Source of the DNA: Eledone cirrhosa
Taxonomy: Eukaryota
Assembly: GCA_964016885.1 (NCBI GenBank)
Contig: OZ024740.1
Span: 345,216,001 to 345,280,000, forward strand
DNA: 64,000 nt
Direction of reading: 5' to 3'
The translations under genes were made by a program, and so were the position numbers. Positions 29,105 to 42,842 of the stretch are shown here, in pieces. Numbering within the stretch: the first letter of the stretch is position 1; each line of letters begins with the position of its first letter. Below the pieces are notes generated by a model, which worked only from the letters and a program-made list of their open reading frames with translations, had not been told where the DNA came from and made no database searches.

Positions 29105-29482
29105 ATGTATATATATATATATATATATACATACATATATATGCCGTTTGGACTGCTACTATTTCTAGTGGCAAGACATTGACCTGTCCACCCTGCCTTT
29201 TCTCTTTGCACACGGCACCAGACAGAATTATTTCTTTCATCATTCGCACTCTTTTGGGAATGGTTTTGTATGGCGTCAGTTTGGGATTTGAACTCGGGAA
29301 TTTTATATTCTCCAAGGGAGAAGATCCTTCTGAAGATAGCTCCCTTCTCAATGGAAGTCCGCTTGGATTTTCCGTTTATTCTGGAGCTTGAAACCACGGT
29401 AAAGGAACATATAGTAAGTACAGTGAATTTAAAAAAATGTATTTTAAAACTTTTTCTCTATTTGCTAGGCGTTGATTTTATA

Positions 29483-29581
<99 letters not shown>

Positions 29582-29764
29582 TGTATGTGTATGCGTATAT
29601 ATATATATACATATACACAATCAAATCAAAACAGAAAATAAAGTGTATGTTCATATGTTAATGAGACCATTCTTGTATGTGTGTATACATTTGTATATAT
29701 ATATACATACATACATACATACATATATATATATATATATGTGTGTATGTATGTATATATATAT

Positions 29765-30173
29765 CCGGGAGAAATGACCCCTTAGCCTTTGTCAAGGCAG
29801 AATTCTAGGAGAAGGAAAACTCTGATAGAACACCAGCAGCCCTGATGGTATCCAATGATGTTGACTTGTTCTTCTTTTTGGTAAATATCATCTTGGTTAA
29901 GATAGTGGGACTGGCATTGTGCAGTGCCTTTGCTCACTATAAAAGCTTCACGGCACAGGCATTGCTTTATATCTGGAGATATCTCTGCACTTGTCGTCAC
30001 ATGGTGCCATGGGCCCAGCACTATGTGTCAATAATTGTCACAGGTGTAGTGTTTGTACCAGAGTTTTCAAGTCGCTGGCTGGACTAAACAGTCACACTCG
30101 TTTAGCGCATCGGTAGGGGTACTCCTACATGGATATAATGTAGTGGCTGTACTCGAAAACGATTTGGCAGCCA

Positions 30174-30175
<2 letters not shown>
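29765..30175 (+). mobile_element. Second, 5'-truncated copy of the bipartite RTE element, inverted relative to the first
   Basis: 411 bp colinear with the reverse complement of 28497-28907. Same 3' end ggcagccacc(AT)n; encodes CSVCTRVFKSLAGLNSHTRLAHR*. Confidence 0.85.
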
Positions 30176-30267
<92 letters not shown>

Positions 30268-30269
<2 letters not shown>

Positions 30270-30424
30270 CGAAGGAAATGTGGTAAGGAACCAGGTGGAC
30301 CATAACGCACCAAAGTACTCAATACTTGAGGTAGTAGAGTGGGTAATAGGAACCAGTAAGACCCCGACAGCTGAGCTCAAGCCGTTTCGACGGCTTGAGC
30401 TCAGCTGTCGGGGTCTTACTGGTT

Positions 30425-30429
<5 letters not shown>
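30268..30429 (+). mobile_element. Hairpin+arm element, complete copy with 40-bp stem and TTCG loop
   Basis: About 80-bp arm, then perfect inverted repeat 30346-30385 / 30390-30429 with loop ttcg. (TA)n on both sides. Confidence 0.85.
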
Positions 30430-30503
<74 letters not shown>

Positions 30504-31059
30504 ACATACATACATACAAGATAATACTTATGCGAATGAGAGTGTGTGTGTTGGCGGACTGTAGTGTTTTGTATTGTTATATTTCCTTATTTATGTGCTA
30601 TTCGGTTTTGTTTTGTTTAGAAACGTCAACAAGTACCTCGATGTAGGTAATTATAAATGGAGCTGTTAGATGGCATTGAAGGTAATAAGGAGTGTTTATG
30701 TAGGAGGGTGGCGGTAATAGTAACAGTTTTCTAATGTTGGTGCTGACTGTCGGGTCAGGCATAGGGGTCAATCAGAGTATTTACGATGGTTGAAACCAAA
30801 TGAATGTGAGAGGTCCTATCTCTTAGGGGGCGCGTTAGAATTAGAACATGAAAAGATACGTGACAATATGAGTGATGGTAGTTGTAGAGACCTGTTGTAA
30901 CATGATACTGTCGGAAGACGGACATAAAACAGGGTTTTAAGGGTACGAATAACACGTGAATACATATCCAAACGAACATACACACTTTCATACACACCCA
31001 CAAAGAAGCGCTTTTGAGGATGTGTTCATACGCATTGATATATACACACACACACACAT

Positions 31060-31133
<74 letters not shown>

Positions 31134-31465
31134 TCATTATAAATGTATATTTATCTGTGTGTGTATGTATAAAAATACACACACACATAAAAATACACAC
31201 ACACGTCTCAAGCAAATGCTCTTTCAAATACACGTGTAAAACATATAATGGATATTGACAAATATTCCTAATATGTTTTTTTTGTTTTTTTTTCCGAACG
31301 GATAATTTTAACGATGAAATTAATTGAAATCTAATTAAAGTTAAGGATTAATTTTGCGTTTATGTTTAATCAATGCGCAAATGCATACGAAATACAACAT
31401 ATTTACAATGATACAAGAGCTTAATGGAAAGGTTCAATCGATCAAATCAGCTCCAGTAAATAATG

Positions 31466-31670
31466 GGTTCTGATTTAGGCACAAGGCTAGCAATTTTTGG
31501 GGGAGGGGAGAGCCGATTAAATCGAACCCAGTGCGTGACTGGTACTTTATTTTATCGACCCATGTAAGGATGAGAGACAAAGCTAACATCCGCGGGATTT
31601 GAACTCAGAAAGTAAAGGGTCGTAACTTTAGGCTGCAAAGCATAGTGTTCGACGCTTTACCGATACAGCG
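31466..31670 (-). mobile_element. tRNA-derived SINE
   Basis: ggcacaaggctagc...ggtactttattttatcgacccatgtaaggatgagagacaaagctaacatccgcgggatttgaactcag; same family. Confidence 0.8.
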
Positions 31671-32180
31671 GAATTCTAAAAAAAAAAATCACTATGTTTA
31701 AACGATTATGATTTTCATAATAACGACATGGCAATCAAAGGTCCAACATGTTCACATAGCGACAAACTAATTCGACAAGACAATTACGTTAAGTTTACAA
31801 GTCTCTCTGTGGAAAATTCAGTGATGATTCCACGATGTTAATGTAACGAGTAGGTAGATCAGTTGATCCAAGAATTGAAGCCACATAAACGAAACCGACG
31901 GAGTTGGTAACAATCATGCAAAGGTGTCCAGAAAGATGTTATATTGACGTTTGAAATTACTATTGCTATATAGCATGTCATATTTTTGTTATACATATTC
32001 CGGAAGAGGCGTTGTTAAAATAAGGCGCTCGATAGATGGATAGAGAGGATATATATTTAGTGAATAAATGATTCTAACAGGGCTTATTCTGTTTTCTTCC
32101 TAAAAAACAATCTCAAACGTATTAAATCTAAAAGGAATCAAATCTAATCATGTAAGAGTTGTTAACAGAATACACCCCCT

Positions 32181-32215
<35 letters not shown>

Positions 32216-32264
32216 TTATACGGACATGGACACACACACACATATATATATATATATACATATA

Positions 32265-32295
<31 letters not shown>

Positions 32296-34706
32296 TCGTG
32301 GTGTGTGTCTGTAAGGTTTAGTTCAAAAGCTGAATGAATAGTCCATTACCATAGACGAAAGAATGAAAAACCGCAAAATATAAAGAGGGAGAGGGGGGGG
32401 GGGGGGTGAGAGAGAAAAAAGAGAGAGGGAGAGAAAAGGAAATGTGATACAAATCTGATATAATCTTTTACATGGTTGTTTACATAGGTAACTAACTCTG
32501 ATGTATCTTTGAAGTTCCGCAACAGATGAAAATAAAAACAAAAAAAACAAAAAATAGAAAAAGGAAACCAACAACAACAATACAAACTACCCAATCATAT
32601 GAACTAAACACAAAAAGAAAAATATAAAGAAATAAAAGCCTAGCAGGTGTTCTTTGTTTAGCTTTATAATTCTTTTATTTTATTATGTTTTTCTTTTTGT
32701 GATATTTGTTTTTCCTTGTTTTATTAGTATTTTATTTTTATTCTTTTTTTACCTTTCTGGTGTGAAAGGTTTTTCACAAAAACAGTGAATGACAAATAAA
32801 ATGTCTTTTGTCAGTTATGGTTATTGTTGATATATAAAACAAGAATAAGTGACCAGAATCATGTGGTGGGGCGTGAAGAAAACGAATGATGAGGAGAAGT
32901 TTAGGAGAAAGTAAAAAAAAAGAGTGAGGGATATGTAAGAGAGAAAGACACAAAGATAGTCAGAGTGTGAAAAAGGGAGAAATACTAACTGGTTGAGAGA
33001 GAGAGGAAGAGACGAATGAAGGTGAGACGAAAGACAAAAGAATATTATAATATACTTCGTAAATCTTTACACAACAGCTGCTTGTCTTTCTCTCTTTATC
33101 ATGGTTATCCGTGCGTAAATATAGATATATTTTTCTACACAGACCATTAAACCCACAATCACACACACGGAAATATATACTCACACATACACACAAATTC
33201 TCGCACATATTCACACATACTCACCCATATATATATGTATTGGTGTAGTTCATATATATATATATATGTGTGTGTGTGTATATATATATATATAGAGAGA
33301 GAGGGGTGGGGTGGGAGGGGGAAGAGATATATTTGTATATTCATATATAAATACATACTTTAATTTTGATATAATAAACCAATATTTATGTGACTGACAG
33401 TGTTTCAGCAATATGCGTCAGCGAGAATAGAATGATTCTAATTGTCTATTTTTGGTGTCTTACATTTCTGAGTTTAAATCACTTACTTCTTTTTCGATGC
33501 GATATATTATTACAAAAAAAATATGTGCCGAGTGAATTAAAGATATCTGGATGTTCCTCATTTTTTAAAAAAGAAAACCTAATAAATCATAAACCTGGGA
33601 ATATCCGAGCATAATGTCATTCTTGATTAGTGCTTGGTCAACACTGATCTAATCGAAGATATGATTAAATCCCTGTAACTGTCCCACTGTTCAACGGTAT
33701 ATGTCCTTTATTCGTTTTCATTTAGCTCCAAGTAAGATCTGATCGATCAGTTCTATCATCAAACGTTTTCTGAACGTGACCAATCTGTTTCCTTTTTAAT
33801 TTCAGACATATTACAATTAGAGCAATATTATCCAGTTATGAAGATAGAATTTGATTTGAAAAGATTTGTCTATTTTTATCATGGTCAATGACATTATAGA
33901 AGCCTCTCCATGATATGGAGTGTAATTTGCCTGATAGTTGGATGCTAAGTTTCCAACAATTTAAGAGGCTGTTGAAATCTCTCTGGGAACTATTCAATGA
34001 AAAGTTTGGTTATATAACCTGTAGAATCATCTCCAATGTTTGATAACCAAGTAATTGAAGTTAAAATCCAATTTAGTGGATTTTAATTCAGAAAATATAA
34101 AGCGAATTCACGACAAAGCCTCTACGCGATGTGTTTACCTACAAGAAATAGCTTCGAAATGTTCCTGAAATCCATCTAAAGAAAGGCTCTCAACATTCTA
34201 AGCTATTTGGTGGTAGGTCTTAATCTGTCTATCAATTTAACACCACCAACTGTTTCTTAATTGCATTTATCAGAGTTTATTCCTTTACAAGTTTAGGCCT
34301 TTTATTTGTCGATAGCTTCCTTCCGCCGCCTGGTAAAATTATGTATTGTCGTTACTGTCTTTCTGTCTCTAAATAAACGGTATAAAAATAGCTTGATACT
34401 TTACCTATCTAAGCGATATCAAATATTATCACGGTACATATAATATCGATTGTATTTATTTTATCAATATTTAATATCACTTGATAATATTTAGTATAAT
34501 AATGTAGCTTATAACGATTTTATTGATATTTCATAGGATTTCACATTAAGATATTCAATAACATTATTTATTAAAATATATGCAGCGTTCACTCAAGAGG
34601 ACTTTATATCACGGAATATTGAAGAGACAGAAACTGCATTATATATCTAAAAATATATATTTGGGCTGAGTAGCATTACTGCTAAACGTCTTTTCTCAAT
34701 GCACTG

Positions 34707-34757
<51 letters not shown>

Positions 34758-35500
34758 GAGGGGGGGAGATATATATGTAAATACATGTATGTATGTTTGT
34801 TTTTATCTATGTAGGTTTGCGTTTGTACACACATTATTATTATCCCATATCTATCTCTCTATTTATCTATCCACCCTTCATCCAATTTAGTTAGTTTCTG
34901 TATTTATTTCCAAATGGATTCCCATGTTCGAACAATTTTTCCATTTGTTGTTGTTGATGTTGTTTGCTATTTTTCCTATTCTATTATATTCCAGTCTGAC
35001 TCTGTGAACCAGTTCTTACACAATGCACTATTCAATCTATTGACTAGCCGTTCTTTAACATATATCTTCATTCCTACTTTTAACCACACATTTTCTCTTA
35101 TTTCTATATGAATATCTTCATGTATATTCCAGCTTTTTCTCTCCTACATATTCCCATACACTCTCACATATTGTCTGTTTTATACAGCCTTCTCAACATC
35201 TTATTTTATATTTCTGTTTTCGTCTAATTCTCTGAAGTTATTGTTCACCTAACAATGTACATTAGGTAATTGTTGCATGGTGAGCAAGCATTTTCCCTTG
35301 CATTGGTTGCAGCAGCAGTGGCGATGAAGAGTTCCTTTTATCGTTATAGAGGTCAACGTTTCATTCAAGTTGATCTCTATTTCTCTCACTGTATTTCTCA
35401 TTCTTCCAACATTCACATACACTCATGCAGAAGCATACTCAGAAAGGCGCGCGCACACGCACACATACACCCCCCATCTCTCTCTATCCATCTATCTATC

Positions 35501-35538
<38 letters not shown>

Positions 35539-35587
35539 AATATATATATATATATGTATATATAAATTTTTATTATTATTATTGTTA

Positions 35588-35800
35588 GGGCAGTGTATTG
35601 GCAGTATCAGTGGAGCGCCGGACATGATACTCTGCGGCATAGAGGTACGGCCATTTACACTTTGATTTTAAATCCTTAAGAAGTTAGCTTTGCCTTTCAT
35701 CTTTACGGGGTCGATAAAGTAAAATACTAACAACGCACAAGGGCGGAATTAATCGCCATTCTCTTTCCTTTGAATTGCTGGCCTTGTACCAAAAGTGAAG
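35588..35800 (+). mobile_element. tRNA-derived SINE
   Basis: ctttgcctttcatctttacggggtcgataaagtaaaatac...gctggccttgtaccaaaagt; preceded by (TAT)n. Confidence 0.8.
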
Positions 35801-36068
35801 CTTTTTAACCTGGAGTTTCCCGGCATGTAGTCAGTTTCAAAGAATCGATAATCAAACCCAACTATAACAGACTGCACATGTCGAAAAATATCAGCCTATT
35901 GAATCAACAGTAATAAAGTAATAGAGTCTAATGTGGCGTTGTGTGTGAGAGAAGACCAGAGAGTGAGATCGAGAGATAGAGAGATAGAGAGAGAGAGAGA
36001 AAGAAAGTAGGAAGCAAATGAGAGAAATAGTGAGACAGACAGACAAACATATAGATAGATAGATAGAT

Positions 36069-36943
36069 TAATTTTTTTATTAGCCACAAGGGCACAATAG
36101 AAGGGGACAAATACAAATGGGGAGTTTACATAGAGGTATATGAAAATAAAACTATTAATAAAATAAAAATAACAATTGAAATCCCCAATAGGGGGGAGGC
36201 GTTACACAGGGGTTGTATACTCCCCCCAAAAATGTACAACCCTCATCTCCAGGAGCACCAAGATTGAGTACTCCCCTCCTCTCTTTCTCTTTTTCCTCAA
36301 CCTACAGGCTTATATAGAGAGAAAGCCCAACCACTCGGGCCATCTTTGCCACATTCACCCCCCTTTTATAAAATTTGCTGGGGTACAGCACCTCTCTCTC
36401 CATCCTGATTCTTCTTCCAAAGTGGTATTTGAAAAAACGAATCAGTTGTTCGCCGGAGAGAAAGGTGTCTGACCTCAGCCCTTTTAACCTTGTCCACCAT
36501 ATAACATCTTTCACCACAGCCATAACACATGGGAAAACCGCCTCTCCTTCGTTTTTGAAGGAGGGTGGTGGTTTGATCATGGAAATAGACTCGGTGGTCA
36601 ACTGGATTGGACGCACCCGCGACAATAGTCGTTCTACATAACCCCACATGTCGGTAACGCCCGGGTAGTGTACAAATGCGTGCGTGACGGTTTCCTCTTC
36701 GCGCACGCTTGTGGGACAGATCTTTTTCGAAGGGTCCCTGCCCGGGCGCCCGTGTTTGTAGAGCTTGTCTCGAACTGGTAGAGCACCTCGGTAGCACTGC
36801 AGAGCCAGGGACTTTTGGAAGTTGTCCATCAGGTCCCGGGTGGAAGGTTCTACCGAACAGACTGGTCAGTTCGTCTTCCTCTGCGACTAGAGTTTCTCCG
36901 AGCGCGTCGCACTTGCTGCGGACCAACCCTCTATAGAATGACG
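36069..36943 (-). mobile_element. 5'-truncated Tx1/L1-like LINE: ORF2 C-terminus plus 3'UTR (copy 3), in (GATA)n
   Basis: ORF 36302-36829 ...FQKSLALQCYRGALPVRDKL...ICPTSVREEETVTHAFVHYPGVTDMWGYV...KDVIWWTR matches the ALP..CP.C...ET..H....C....W..(IW..R) C-terminal zinc-knuckle region of Tx1/L1 ORF2 (degenerate). 3'UTR ends ...cccttgtggctaataaaaaaa. Confidence 0.85.
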
Positions 36944-37004
<61 letters not shown>

Positions 37005-37038
37005 GGATTGGAAGGTAGATAGATAGATAGACAGATAT

Positions 37039-37310
37039 ATTTCTTTATTAGCCACAGGGGCACAAAAGAAGGGGACAAATACAAAGGGGGAAGTTTACAT
37101 ACAATAAAAACGTGTAAAATGTTATCACAGATGGAATTTAAAAGTTAGTCGATTTTCCCCAATAGAGGGAGACAGTTTATATGGGTAACACATACCCCCG
37201 AAAAAAAATGTGCAACCCTCATCTCCAGGAGTACGAAGAGCTTGTACTCCTTTCCTCTCCTCCTCCTTTTCCTCAACCTACAGGCTGATATAGAGAGAAG
37301 GCCCATTCAC
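37039..37310 (-). mobile_element. 3' end of Tx1/L1-like LINE (copy 4), in (GATA)n
   Basis: ttctttattagccacaggggcacaaaagaaggggacaaatacaa...cctcaacctacaggctgatatagagagaaggccca is homologous to copy 3. GATA repeats on both sides. Confidence 0.8.
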
Positions 37311-37320
37311 ATAGATAGAC

Positions 37321-37385
<65 letters not shown>

Positions 37386-38259
37386 CACAGATAGATAGAT
37401 AGACAACTAGAGAGATAGACAGACAGATAGATTGATAGATGGAAATATATAAATAATTTGATTACATATGGAAGATACACGTAATCATCATACACATGCA
37501 ACCTATTGTGGACTTAATTAACTGAATCCTCGTAAATATTTTCTAATGATATCTCCTAATCTTGTCTCCTCCAACTGCAAACATATGAAATCATTAGCAG
37601 CATTTAGGTCGAAAGCCGAGCTCGCTAAAAATATTAGATCTCACCCTCGCTGATGAGATCTAGAACTGTGTCAATAGTTAGAGTGTACCTCAACAATTGA
37701 AATATCAATAGGAGCATTAAAGCCAGTGTTTCATAAATAAGGTAGATCCTTGAAGGCGACAGAGTAATACAGGTAAGTACTATATCAAGACCATACTAAA
37801 TGTGTCTCAAAACAGATATATTTCCAACAAGTACCTATTATATAAGGTATGTCTCCTATATAAAATGACCAGATGTGTGAAGTTATTCACAAACCCACTC
37901 AAATATCGATCTCCCGTAGTCTCCTCTCAAATTATTTCTTTAACCTCCATTCATGTATCATAATCACCCAACCCGCCCAAAACAAAACACTACATTACGT
38001 ACTTCTAGCCTACAGTATTTTTCCTCTGCAATTTCCAATTCTTCGTGTTTTTTTTGTGTTTTTTTTTATATACTACATTCAAGAAGGATATCAATTACTT
38101 ATCTGGTATTTTATTCATTAACCCTGGAATTACGGAGGGCAAAGTTGCCTCGGTGGATCTGAACACGCTTTGCAAAGAGGTGGAAAATATACAAGAATGC
38201 ATAATATCCAGCTCTCTTACAGCGCTTTAAGTATACATTCATATATAGGTACATCGACC

Positions 38260-38358
<99 letters not shown>

Positions 38359-38617
38359 ATATATCTACATACATTTATAGATATATACATACATATATGC
38401 ATTCATACAATACATACATACATATATGTGTATTGGTTAGTTTTATATGACTGTTTGGAGCATCCATGTAATTAAAATAGAATCAGAACCAAATGTATAT
38501 GGCGTACAAGTTTTATAGTATTTTCATTTTCCTATATCATATCATCCTGCTACATTATTGATCCTTATATAGCTCATATACTCACAAACATATATGTATA
38601 TACATATATATACATAC

Positions 38618-38684
<67 letters not shown>

Positions 38685-38794
38685 ACATACATTATATATA
38701 TATATATTGGTATAGATCGAAGTTGTGGCTGTAGTAGAGCAGATACAACTTGCACACAACCATATACACATAAACATAAAGATGCAATGAATAA

Positions 38795-38878
<84 letters not shown>

Positions 38879-40391
38879 GTTTATGTCTATATGTATATGC
38901 TTGTATTGATAAACACTCACATGTCACATTATGTATGCCTGTTCTTACTGGTATTCGGCAAATGCATCTACAAGATAAAGTCCCAAAGGCATATCGATAA
39001 ATATCAGGATCTAACGGTGGATATAAATTCTAAGTCCAGCGCTCAACTTATGTCTGAATCTTACAGACAGGTGGATGAGTAAGCGGATGAGAAGTTGAAT
39101 GAGAATATGTGAAAATGTATGATTGAGAATGCAAAACATTTTAGGCGTACATCACGCACATACACATACACAAACAGACACACTGACACACACACACACA
39201 TACAAACATATATATATTTACACACACACATACACACTTATGTATATACACATCCATACATACGTTTGTACATGCATACATATATATATATTCACATACA
39301 CACATCGGAAGATGGAGATTGTGTCAGAGAGTTAAAGCGGGGGAAGTTGGAGGAAATAAATACGAAACGAAGATAAAATGGAGAGAGAGAAAACATTTAT
39401 GAAACGAGAATACAATACAACTGAGTTATACTGAAGCGAGTTCAAGTTTAGGCTGAAAATGGCAGCTAGTTTATGATCATATCATGCAGCAGATAATATA
39501 TTATACGGCAAAAATATAAATGGAAGCGAGAGACTGTACGATATATTTTCAGTAGTTGGTATAATGACATTTCATAAACCTATATATATTTGACTAAAAA
39601 TATTTTTGATTTGGATATAATCCAAAAATAGCTAGTAGTGTGCAACAGTCTAGAGACGGCTGGTTTTACGACCATAATAAAGGAGCTTGAACGCTGTTGT
39701 TTTTGTTGTTGTTAATAACCTTCCTTCTCATATCGACAATTGGGTGTAGGACCCAATGCACTGTAGTCGGCACAATATAACAATATTTGTGAAATATATG
39801 ACTCAATTCGTCCTTCAGATTTTAAAGTGTTTGATTTAAGGGGGTTTTCCTGCTGTTTATAGCATGGCAATATCCCTTGGGGAAACTCTCTGGTTAGTTC
39901 AGCTGTTTATGCTTCACTAGTTTCTATATGTGTTAAAACTATCAGTATATTTTGGCCTAGAGCAGAAAGAAAGATAACGAAAGAATGATGGTAATTTTAC
40001 TAGCTTCAAAGTTGTGCCAAATGTGTTTTAGGTTCGAGGACATAAAATCCACATTGTCATAGTTTTAGGCGGTGAGTTATTACATTTGGGAATGCGGATG
40101 TACTGGACCTGTGAAATACACCGTGTTTGATCCGCTAACTTCCTTATGACATGCGGCTGATCAAGACAGGCTGGCGTGTGGACAATTTATCAAGCTGCAA
40201 CGGCCATGAATAGATAATTAAATAAGTACATTGATTTATATATGCAAAGGATGATGTCTACATAGATGTACGGAAAGATATATGGATATAACTATCTATC
40301 TATCAATCCATCCCCCCTCTCTCTCCTTTTTACTCTCTCACCCTCTCACATTCTCTCTCTCAATCTCCCTCTCTCTCTCTATATATATATG

Positions 40392-40422
<31 letters not shown>

Positions 40423-40426
40423 GTTT

Positions 40427-40515
<89 letters not shown>

Positions 40516-40599
40516 GCTATATGTTTATGATTGTATAAGTTTACAATGATTAACGAGCAGATAGAAAAATATATGAATATCCAGATGAACAGGCATGAT

Positions 40600-41830
40600 A
40601 ATACAAATATAAAATTGGCGATGAGCCTACGGCCTATCCAGGAAGGGTTGGGATGGACGCATAAAGGTTGCGTATCCCAAGACTACAAAGAGGTTTCAGA
40701 AGGAAGCAATCATTGACAATTGGAACCTGCAACATCACAACCCTTACAGGTAAGGTGCAGGAACATGTGCAGGAGGCTAGATGCTACTGGCAACATGTAG
40801 CCAGGGTTTCCTCAACAACTCAGGTGAGGTACCAGACGTAATTGCAGTGGCAGAAATGAGGATACTCACTCAGAATGTGTTATAGACAGGATCCCATGAA
40901 AAGGGGGATTTGCGTCATGAAGCTTAGGCTGAAGGATAGGTCTCTGTGGGTGGTGCAAATTATTTTGCACCAAACATGGAATCCGAATACAAATTATTCC
41001 TTGAAGTGATTACAGCGTTAGATGAAGTTAAGACTGTTGGGAGACTTCAATATATATGTTGGCACTGACCACCTGACATAGAAAGGAGTGAATGGAAGGA
41101 ACGGTGGCCATGATCTAAACATGAATGGAAATGCCTTCTGTTCTAGCATTGGACTTTCTATTGTGAACAACGTCCTCCAGTACTAGAGTATAGCTAGAGT
41201 AAAATAGGGGATAAATAATTGATTTTCTTATTTTCTCTGATCTCTGCCATTCTATACTAGATGTTTGTGTTGAGAGATGGGCTGAGCTGTCAACTGATCA
41301 CCATCTATTTATCTGCAACTTCAGATTACCCGAAGCCGAAGAAGCCCACAAAATTGGCATGTCCATGGTGACCTACAGGATAAATTGGTAAATGTTTTCG
41401 GATAAGGAAACCAGGACTAGGTATGCAGTTACTATTGCATCAAAATGCAAACTTCCCTGAGAAAACTGAGAAAGTTGAGACAGAGTTTAGATTGTTCAGC
41501 TGTTAAATACTCTATGCAAAAGATACTTGCCGAGATGCCGCATGGCAGAAGGACCCCTTGTTTCAATCAAGGGGGCGAAGATGCCACCCGAGCAAGAAAT
41601 GAAGCCTACAAAACTTGGTTTGGAAATAAGCCCTCTTTCTCGCACATGCGGTATAAGCAGGCACGAAGATTCGTAGCAGAGGCAGTAAAGGTGTCCAAAA
41701 CAAAGTTGTGAGAGGACTTTGGGGTTAAGCTGGAATCCGACTTCAGATCAGTAAATAAAGTGTTCATGCAGACCACCCGCCGACTTTATAATAATAAGTC
41801 TTCCTCCAAATATGCTTCCTTCAGGGAGGG
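40600..41830 (+). mobile_element. Decayed RTE/Expander-like LINE, APE endonuclease and following region
   Basis: LTIGTCNITTLTGKVQEHV (APE N-terminus), PDVIAVAEMR, DLNMNG, IDF, AELSTDHHLF (SDH motif) and EAVKVSKTKL*EDFGVKLESDFRSVNKVF; multiple stops and frameshifts. Confidence 0.75.
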
Positions 41831-41900
41831 GCGTCTACGAAAGGTAGGGAGAATAATTCGTTTGAACTAAAAATATGACAGAAGATTATATTTTTCTTAT

Positions 41901-41931
<31 letters not shown>

Positions 41932-42009
41932 CAGTTAAGCATGTCCTTGCGTCAAAATGCCCCCTGCCTACGAGCAGGCAATTTCTATAAAACCGTGTTT
42001 TGAAATGTA

Positions 42010-42410
42010 TTATATATGAAGATGGCGTTTTACGTTGTGCGGAAATTTAGGCTCACTCGTAGTAATAATCCGAGGAAGTGTCTGAAATTTTCTACGATCT
42101 AATCAAGATTACAGTGTCTCCTTCGAATTTCTACATAGAATCTGAGATAGAACGAATATGCTTAGAGGAAGTTGCATTGGAATAGACACACTCACACAGA
42201 AATATGCAAATACAGACACGCGCCATATAATCTAAATACATTTTTTCCAACTCCATCCCGCCTGTTCCCTCGATCTAATTCATTTCTCATTCTTTATTCT
42301 GAGGAAGGACTAGCGTCCGAAACGTTAAGACCCTCTTCCTGCTATATCAAGCGTTAACCTAATATATACCTTCCATATACTGTACCGATTACGTTGTTAT
42401 TTCTGTTTAC
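42010..42410 (+). mobile_element. Penelope-like element 3' remnant with hammerhead-like motif
   Basis: ...APYNLN resembles the end of a PLE endonuclease ORF, followed by ctgagga-a-ggac-tagc-gtcc-gaaac-gtt (42299-42326), as in PLE pLTR minimal hammerheads. Confidence 0.6.
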
Positions 42411-42457
<47 letters not shown>

Positions 42458-42550
42458 AGATACTGTGAGGGTGTGTGATAAAAGTAATATACATATAAAG
42501 AGATAGTATGTGGGTGTGTGATAAAAGTAATATATATATAGGGAGATAAG

Positions 42551-42605
<55 letters not shown>

Positions 42606-42787
42606 GACACGTGGGTGTGTGATAAAAGTACATGATGATGAAGGAAATGAGAATGGACAAGACAAAACTGGAGATGCGAGCAGGAGTAATGACTTATCAT
42701 AATCATTGACAACTAAATTCTTTATAATTTTATTATTATTCATTATTATCATTATCATTCTTGTTGTCGTTGTTGTTGTTGTTGTTG

Positions 42788-42842
<55 letters not shown>

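Noticed and set aside
31301-31375. Cluster of TAAT/TAATTA homeodomain sites (possible autoregulation)
   Set aside because: Expected by chance in such AT-rich sequence without conservation data.
37560-37690. FRSKAELAKNIRSH-like remnant of another RTE 3' zinc finger
   Set aside because: Too short and decayed to annotate with confidence.
41826-41980. Possible Harbinger-like MITE (aggggcgt...poly-G...gccccctgcctacg)
   Set aside because: Inverted repeats too degenerate to support a call.
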